The position numbers and the translations under genes were made by a program. DNA of 64,000 nt from Myxococcales bacterium (lineage in GTDB: Bacteria; Myxococcota_A; Polyangia; Palsa-1104), in the NCBI GenBank assembly GCA_043741435.1, contig JAYUBF010000332.1:22279-86278 (forward strand), given 5' to 3'. Each line of letters opens with the position of its first letter. Position 1 is the first letter of the stretch. The notes beneath the pieces were generated by a model, which searched no databases, was not told where the DNA came from, and saw only the letters and a program-made list of their open reading frames with translations. This document shows, piece after piece, positions 58,705 to 64,000 of this stretch.

Positions 58705-59133
58705 TTAGGGGATTTCCTGTAGGGCACGTGTACGACTGATCGCATTCAGAACTACATCCCCTTTGATCTTCGAAACTTCTGCCCCCTTCATTTCGTCGAC
58801 TTCCTGACTCCGCGTGAGCGAATCCACGATGATCTTCTTGAGGCCCAAGCCCTGACCGGCCGACATCTTGTCGGCCATCGCCGTGTCGAGCATGTCGTGA
58901 AACGTGCCCCCGGCGAAGCCACCGTCCGGGTTGCTCTTGTCGTCGCTAGACTTGTGCGCTTCCGCGAGGATCTGGCGCATGAAGTAGCTCTCGAGCTCCC
59001 CCGCGACCTTTTCGAGTGCTTCGGGCGAGGTTGCCTTCTCTTTCGAAGAGGCCGCGCGGGCTTCGCGCGCTTCTTTAATCTTGTCGACCGCGGGGTCGAA
59101 GCCACCGAAGCCGCTCATCTTCAAGGCGCTCAT
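58705..59133 (-). CDS. flgJ: flagellar rod-binding protein (FlgJ N-terminal domain type, no muramidase domain)
   Basis: Rod-binding-like segment (AGELESYFMRQILAEAHKS). It lies immediately downstream of flgI, the usual position of flgJ. Confidence 0.6.
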   Translation of the reverse strand: MSALKMSGFGGFDPAVDKIKEAREARAASSKEKATSPEALEKVAGELESYFMRQILAEAHKSSDDKSNPDGGFAGGTFHDMLDTAMADKMSAGQGLGLKKIIVDSLTRSQEVDEMKGAEVSKIKGDVVLNAISRTRALQEIP

Positions 59134-60248
59134 CGCGTCAGCACCTCGGCGCGCAGGGCGCCGGCGGCCTTCAAGGCCTGGAAGATGGAGATGAGGTCGC
59201 GTGGCTTCGCGCCGAGCGCATTGAGCGCGGCCGCGACGTCGCCCACGGTGCCGGCAGCGCCGATGGCGACGAGCTGGCCCTTGTCCTCGTCGACGGCGAT
59301 GTTGGTGCTGGGGAGCGCAACCGTCGAGCCCTGGCCAAAGCCGTTCGGTTGCGACACCACCTTCTGCTCGTCGACATGGACCGTGATGCCACCGTGCGCG
59401 ATGGCGGCAGGAAGCAGAGCCACCGCGGAGCCGACCACCAACGTCCCCGTGCGCTCGTCGATGATCACGCGGCCGGGCGAGTCGGGCATCGCATCGAGCA
59501 CCTCGAGCTTGGCAACGAGCTCGATCGGCTTCTCCTTCCAGTCGTCGGCGATCTTCACCAGGACGGTGCCGGGGTCGCGCACCTTCGCGCTGCCGGCGCC
59601 GATCGCTGCGTCGATGGAAGCTGCGATGCGCGTGGCAGTCGTGAAGTCGGCGTCTTTGAGGAGGAGCACGACCTGGCCTTTCATGACCGGCGATGGCGCG
59701 CCGCGCTCGACGGTGCCGCCAGCCGGCACATGGCCCGCGGTCACGTGGTTGCGCTTGGTGCTCGAGCCCGAGGCACCACCCGCGGCGAAACCTCCGACGG
59801 TGAGCGCTCCTTGGGCGACCACGTAGGTCTCGCCGTCCGGTCCCTTGAGCGGCGTGGCGATGAGCGTGCCGCCTTGCAGGCTCTTGGCGGTGCCCATGCT
59901 GGACACTGTGATGTCGATGGCCGCGCCCGGCCGCGCGAACGGAGGCAGGGTGGCGGTGACCGTGACCAGGGCCACGTTGCGCGCCTTGATCTCGGTGTAG
60001 TCGATGAACGTGCCGAGGCGCCGCAGCAACGTCGACAGCGGACGCTGCGTGGACAGCGAGCCGACGTCGTCACCCGTGCCCGCGAGGCCTACCACCACAC
60101 CCACGCCGACGAGCGCGTTGCCGCGGAACCCTTCGACGTCGACGAGCTCTTTGAGGCGCACGGCGTGGGCCGGCGTCGCCGCAGTGCAGACGAAGACCGC
60201 GGACAAGAAGAACGCGCAAAACCGGAATCGCATCTTCATCGTCTCCAT
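59130..60248 (-). CDS. flgI: flagellar P-ring protein FlgI
   Basis: Signal peptide plus FlgI motifs (LVGVGVVVGLAGTGD...TLIATPLKGPDGETYVVAQGALTVGGF). Confidence 0.9.
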   Translation of the reverse strand: METMKMRFRFCAFFLSAVFVCTAATPAHAVRLKELVDVEGFRGNALVGVGVVVGLAGTGDDVGSLSTQRPLSTLLRRLGTFIDYTEIKARNVALVTVTATLPPFARPGAAIDITVSSMGTAKSLQGGTLIATPLKGPDGETYVVAQGALTVGGFAAGGASGSSTKRNHVTAGHVPAGGTVERGAPSPVMKGQVVLLLKDADFTTATRIAASIDAAIGAGSAKVRDPGTVLVKIADDWKEKPIELVAKLEVLDAMPDSPGRVIIDERTGTLVVGSAVALLPAAIAHGGITVHVDEQKVVSQPNGFGQGSTVALPSTNIAVDEDKGQLVAIGAAGTVGDVAAALNALGAKPRDLISIFQALKAAGALRAEVLTR

Positions 60249-60910
60249 CAGAAGGGGGACACTTTGTCGAGGGCGCGGTGGATCCAGCCCGGACGTTGTT
60301 GATCGCTGATGTCGCCGCGGCCCGTGTACTCGATCTCCGCATCGGCGACGCGTGACGAGAGGACGGTGCCATCGGCGCGCACGTCGAGGCGACGAACCAC
60401 GCCGCTCACGTACAGGTGATGCTCTTCGTTACCGACGAGGACGACCTTGCTGCCCTCGAGGTAGAGGTCGGAGTTCGGCAGGATCTTGCGCACGCGCACC
60501 GGGAGGCTCGCGTTGAGCTTACCGGAGCGCTTGCTCTCGCCGGCGCCATCGAACGAAGAAGAGGACGCGATGCCGAGGAGGTTTGCGAGCTGGAGCGCGG
60601 GCACGGCCTTCGACAAGAGATCGAAGAGGCCACCCGACAGACCAATCTGGCGGTTCGACTTCTTCGACAGCGACGTGTTGCCTTGTCGCGAGGCCGAGTC
60701 GTTCTCGTCGATCTGGATGATGACCACATCGCCCACGTGCCCTGCACGCTCGTCCTCGAGCAAGCTGCGCGCGCCAACCACGTAGAGGCTGCCCACGCCC
60801 TGGGTGGTCCCCGCGTTGTCGTAGTCACCCGGGTCGTACTCGCGGTGCTTCTCACGATACGGACCGATGTGACCCACGCAGCCACCGAGCATCGAGCACA
60901 GCGCGACCAT
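60248..60910 (-). CDS. flgH: flagellar L-ring lipoprotein FlgH
   Basis: Lipobox LGGC and FlgH motifs (GDVVIIQIDENDSASRQGNTSLSKKS...LEGSKVVLVGNEEHHLYVSGVV). Start taken at MVALCSM; the ORF track extends to 60979. Confidence 0.85.
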   Translation of the reverse strand: MVALCSMLGGCVGHIGPYREKHREYDPGDYDNAGTTQGVGSLYVVGARSLLEDERAGHVGDVVIIQIDENDSASRQGNTSLSKKSNRQIGLSGGLFDLLSKAVPALQLANLLGIASSSSFDGAGESKRSGKLNASLPVRVRKILPNSDLYLEGSKVVLVGNEEHHLYVSGVVRRLDVRADGTVLSSRVADAEIEYTGRGDISDQQRPGWIHRALDKVSPF

Positions 60911-60929
60911 GAAGAATGCACGCGTCACG

Positions 60930-61601
60930 TTACATGCCCTCGTTGATGACGGTGCCGCGGTCGACGAGCCGACCCGCAACCAGGAGGTGCGTCTCGATTA
61001 CGCGAGCGACTGTTTCTTCACCGGGCACGGCAGACTTCTCAAGCACGGCTTGTGCCATCACTCGAACGAGGCCGCGTTGCGCGATCACCTTCACCGGCGT
61101 ACCGCGCGGAACCTGCACCTCGGCGACGAGGTCCATCGCCGAAATGGGCTGACCCATTGGGATTTCGCGCGCGGCCTTGCGACCGATGAGGCGGCGCGGA
61201 TCTGCGATGGGGTGAGCGTCGCCGCTCACGACCATCAGGGTCATCTTCAAATCCCCGGCAGAAATGACGTCACCCGCGTGGATTTCCCGCGCCGGCTCGA
61301 TTACTTCCTGCTTCGCACCCACATCGACGCGCACGTAGCCCGTCTGCGGACCCTTGGCGCTGCGGAGCGTTGCCTTCACCCACGCCGAGCCGGCACGATC
61401 GGGCATCGCGCCTTCGAAGGACACTGGGCCAGACTTGAGGTACCGCCAGCTCAACGGGAGCTCGACCTTCACGATGGCGAGACCCGGTCTAATCCCCGGA
61501 CGGAGCGCTTCGGTGACCGCGCGCTCCAACGAAGGAGCGGCAGACGCCCGGCCAGCGAAGGCCAACGCGAGACCGACTACAAGACCACGCACGTTCATCA
61601 C
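60930..61601 (-). CDS. flgA: flagellar P-ring assembly chaperone FlgA
   Basis: Signal peptide and a SAF/FlgA C-terminal domain (IHAGDVISAGDLKM...AAREIPMGQPISAMDL). Confidence 0.8.
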   Translation of the reverse strand: MMNVRGLVVGLALAFAGRASAAPSLERAVTEALRPGIRPGLAIVKVELPLSWRYLKSGPVSFEGAMPDRAGSAWVKATLRSAKGPQTGYVRVDVGAKQEVIEPAREIHAGDVISAGDLKMTLMVVSGDAHPIADPRRLIGRKAAREIPMGQPISAMDLVAEVQVPRGTPVKVIAQRGLVRVMAQAVLEKSAVPGEETVARVIETHLLVAGRLVDRGTVINEGM

Positions 61602-62383
61602 TTGAGGTTCGCCGTCTGTTGCAGCATCTCGTCGGCGGCGCGGACGACCTTGGTGTTCACCTCGTAGGCGCGTTGCCCAGAGATGAGGTCGACCATCTCC
61701 TCGACGATCTTCACGTTCGAGAGCTCGAGCGTACCTTGCGACAACGTGCCGATGCCGTTCTCTCCGGGCGCGCTGGTGACCGCGGTGCCGGAGGCCGACG
61801 TCTCTTGATAGAGGTTGTTGCCGATCGAGCTGAGGCCCGCTGGGTTCACGAAAGTTGCCAGCTGGATCTTGCCGACCTCGACGGGCGCAGCCTGTTTGGG
61901 CACCGTGGCCGACACCGTGCCGTCGGAGCCGATGGTGATCGTCTGCGCGTCCGGCGGGATCGTGATGTCGGAGCCGATGGCGTAGCCGTCCTGGTTGACG
62001 AGCTTGCCGTCCTGGTCCGTCTTGAAGTTGCCGGCGCGGGTGAACGCGAGGTCACCCGACGGCATCTTGATGGGGAAGAAGCCCGCGCCCTGGATCGCGA
62101 CGTCGAGCGGGTTGCTGGTCTGCTGCAGATCGCCCTCCGAGTGCATGCGGTGCGTGTCGGCGGTGCGCACGCCTAGACCCACCTCGAGGCCGACCGGCGC
62201 CTTGCTGGTGCTGCTGGTCGCGGCGCCCGGCGCGCGCGACTGCTGGTACATGAGGTCCTGGAACTCGGCGCGGGACTTCTTGAAGCCCACCGTCGAGACG
62301 TTGGCGATGTTGTTGGCAGTGACGTCGAGCTTGGTCTGCTGCGCGTTCATGCCGGTGGCTGCGGTGGAGAGTGCTCTCAACAT
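61598..62383 (-). CDS. flgG: flagellar distal rod protein FlgG
   Basis: ALSTAATGMNAQQTKLDVTANNIANVSTVGFK; the C-terminus is GQRAYEVNTKVVRAADEMLQ. Confidence 0.9.
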   Translation of the reverse strand: MLRALSTAATGMNAQQTKLDVTANNIANVSTVGFKKSRAEFQDLMYQQSRAPGAATSSTSKAPVGLEVGLGVRTADTHRMHSEGDLQQTSNPLDVAIQGAGFFPIKMPSGDLAFTRAGNFKTDQDGKLVNQDGYAIGSDITIPPDAQTITIGSDGTVSATVPKQAAPVEVGKIQLATFVNPAGLSSIGNNLYQETSASGTAVTSAPGENGIGTLSQGTLELSNVKIVEEMVDLISGQRAYEVNTKVVRAADEMLQQTANLK

Positions 62384-62415
62384 GGTTCGGCCCCTTGGTT
62401 AGAAGGTCGGAGTGG

Positions 62416-63129
62416 TTACGGGTTCAGCTTCGCGATGCGATCGTCCATCTCGCGATACGTCTCGAGCATTCGGTGCAGCGACTCGTAGTTCCGCGAGATG
62501 CGGATGAGGTCGACCATGCCGGTGACCACGTTGAAGTTGCCCTGCTCGAGCTCGCCGATCGCGAGCTCGGAGCGTGCGCCCGCGATGGGCTTCGCATTCG
62601 GGATGTAGAGGCTGTTGCCTTCGCGCGTGAGGTCCGTCGCGTTGTAGTTGCGGACGTCGATCGTCCCGATCGTGCGGCTGCCCGCGCTCACCGTTCCGTC
62701 GGCGCGGATGCTGATGTCCTTCATGTCCTTGCCGTCTTTGCCCACAATGATGGGCTTGGCGTCGGCACTCAGCACCGGGTAGCCGTCGCTGGTGACGAGC
62801 TGACCGCCCTCGTCGAGCTGGAAGTCGCCGGCGCGCGTGACGCGCTCACCGCGCGGCGTCTGCACTGCGAAATATCCGTCGCCACTGATCGCCACATCGA
62901 GCGCGTTGCCGGTCTCGGTGCGCAGCCCCGGGCGCGTGTCGGTCGCGCCACCCTTGGCTTGCACGTAGGCGATGCTCTTGCCCTTCGCCCGCGTCAGCGC
63001 CTCACCGAAGCGGATGCGCTCGGCGCGGAAGCCCGTCGTGCTGACGTTGGCGATGTTGTTGCTGACGGTGTCGAGTGCTTGCGTCTGCGCGACCGCACCC
63101 GCCATCGCCGTGTAGATGCCCGACGACAT
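62416..63129 (-). CDS. flgF: flagellar proximal rod protein FlgF
   Basis: MSSGIYTAMAGAVAQTQALDTVSNNIANVSTTGFR; the C-terminus is NVVTGMVDLIRISRNYE. Start at the M of MSSGIY; the ORF track runs to 63219. Confidence 0.85.
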   Translation of the reverse strand: MSSGIYTAMAGAVAQTQALDTVSNNIANVSTTGFRAERIRFGEALTRAKGKSIAYVQAKGGATDTRPGLRTETGNALDVAISGDGYFAVQTPRGERVTRAGDFQLDEGGQLVTSDGYPVLSADAKPIIVGKDGKDMKDISIRADGTVSAGSRTIGTIDVRNYNATDLTREGNSLYIPNAKPIAGARSELAIGELEQGNFNVVTGMVDLIRISRNYESLHRMLETYREMDDRIAKLNP

Positions 63130-63863
63130 TATTCGTGCCTTCCTTCGCCATCGGGATCGTCCATCCCGCTGCCGAGCTCGGTGCGAAGGCGCACGATGGC
63201 GCGGGCGTGCAACTGGCACACACGGGACTCCGAGACCTTCAGCACCTCGCCGATCTCGGCGTAGCTGAGGTCTTCTGTGTAGTAGAGCTGGAGGATCTGT
63301 GCGTCGCGCTCGGGGATCCTGCCGAGGCCCTCCATGAGGCGCTCGGTGAGCTGGCGATGCTCGGCGATGCCGGCGGGGCTGTCGGAGGGGGCGCCACCGA
63401 GCGTCGCTGCGTGCGGCTCGATGTCGACGACGGTGACGTGCGTGAGCATCTCGAGCTCGGCGCGGTACTGCTCGAGAGGGACTCCGAGCGCCGCGGCGAT
63501 CTCGTGATCCTCCGGAGAGCGGCTGAGCTGATGCTCGAGCGCCCGGATGGTCTTGCCGACCTGGCGCGCGGCGCTGCGAGCGCGGCGCGACATCAGATCG
63601 CCACGACGGAGCTCGTCGAGCACGGCGCCGCGGATGCGGGTCTCGGCGAAGGCCACGAACGGCTCGCCGCGCGTGGAGTCGAAGCGATCGGCGGCCTCCG
63701 ACAGACCGATGAGCGCAGCCCCGATGAGGTCATCGTCGCTGATCCAGTCGGGGGTGCGACGACCGATCTTGCGAGCGATGCGTTGCGCCATGCCGATGTG
63801 CTCGGCAATGAGCGCGTCGCGCTCGTGCTGCGGCGCCTTTTGCGCCTGTGCATAGGCCTTCAT
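63129..63863 (-). CDS. fliA: flagellar sigma factor FliA (sigma-28)
   Basis: Sigma-70 region 2 (DDLIGAALIGLSEAADRFD...FVAFAETRIRGAVLDELR) and region 4 HTH (LSYAEIGEVLKVSESRVCQLHARAIVRLR). The ATG overlaps the stop of the upstream gene (ATGA). Confidence 0.9.
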   Translation of the reverse strand: MKAYAQAQKAPQHERDALIAEHIGMAQRIARKIGRRTPDWISDDDLIGAALIGLSEAADRFDSTRGEPFVAFAETRIRGAVLDELRRGDLMSRRARSAARQVGKTIRALEHQLSRSPEDHEIAAALGVPLEQYRAELEMLTHVTVVDIEPHAATLGGAPSDSPAGIAEHRQLTERLMEGLGRIPERDAQILQLYYTEDLSYAEIGEVLKVSESRVCQLHARAIVRLRTELGSGMDDPDGEGRHE

Positions 63864-64000
63864 CGCGCGAGCCCCGGAGCCGGCGACAGACTGGACAGGG
63901 GGGCTTTCATCGACTGTTCCTCGGTGATGGAGAGCGCTTCCAGCTGTTCGACCACTTGGCGCAGCGCTCGGCTGGAGGGCGACTCTGGATTTCGCAGCAC
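63860..64000 (-). CDS. C-terminal end of a gene continuing beyond the window; by position likely a flagellar regulator of the FlhG/FleN type
   Basis: Open frame to the window edge, ending in a TGA that overlaps the fliA ATG. Only 46 codons are visible (…ALRQVVEQLEALSITEEQSMKAPL…). Confidence 0.3.
   Translation of the reverse strand: MLRNPESPSSRALRQVVEQLEALSITEEQSMKAPLSSLSPAPGLAR

Overview
This is a 64 kb window at about 70% GC from a diderm bacterium. I found no rRNA genes, no complete tRNA genes and no CRISPR array.

The first 28 kb (1-28 kb) is mostly housekeeping, stress and signalling genes:
- an RND efflux fragment, an NtrC-type sigma-54 activator, a membrane protein with degenerate GGDEF and CBS domains, and MgtE;
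- a TonB/TolA-like membrane protein, Pal and a HEAT-repeat lipoprotein;
- a RecQ helicase with a histone-H1-like tail, divergent from an orphan DNA methyltransferase;
- a large lipoprotein built from four MopE-like cysteine-motif repeats;
- a clpB, dnaJ-like and lon cluster;
- a PEGA-domain protein, two paralogous lipoproteins that overlap a Ser/Thr kinase gene, a radical-SAM-like protein and a PP2C phosphatase.

The middle of the window (28-39.5 kb) looks accessory:
- a DUF4157, pentapeptide-repeat, hypothetical and TPR operon;
- a lower-GC patch of small secreted proteins;
- a seven-gene minus-strand operon of four different FHA-domain proteins followed by a Ycf46-like AAA+ ATPase, a DUF1257 protein and a DUF2997 protein, ending 80 bp downstream of flgE. 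This is my lead candidate for an undescribed system.

The remaining 24.5 kb (39.5-64 kb) is a large minus-strand flagellar locus: flgE-flgD-fliK-fliJ-fliI-fliH-fliG-fliF-fliE-flgC-flgB, then fliS-fliD, fliC, flgL-flgK-flgN-flgM, a rod-binding flgJ-like gene, flgI-flgH-flgA-flgG-flgF and fliA. About 3.5 kb of non-flagellar DNA sits between flgB and fliS: a 2.4 kb cassette (hypothetical, PIN, XRE-HTH) bracketed by two roughly 60 bp imperfect direct repeats that fold into tRNA T-arm-like hairpins, plus a secreted and a small hypothetical gene.
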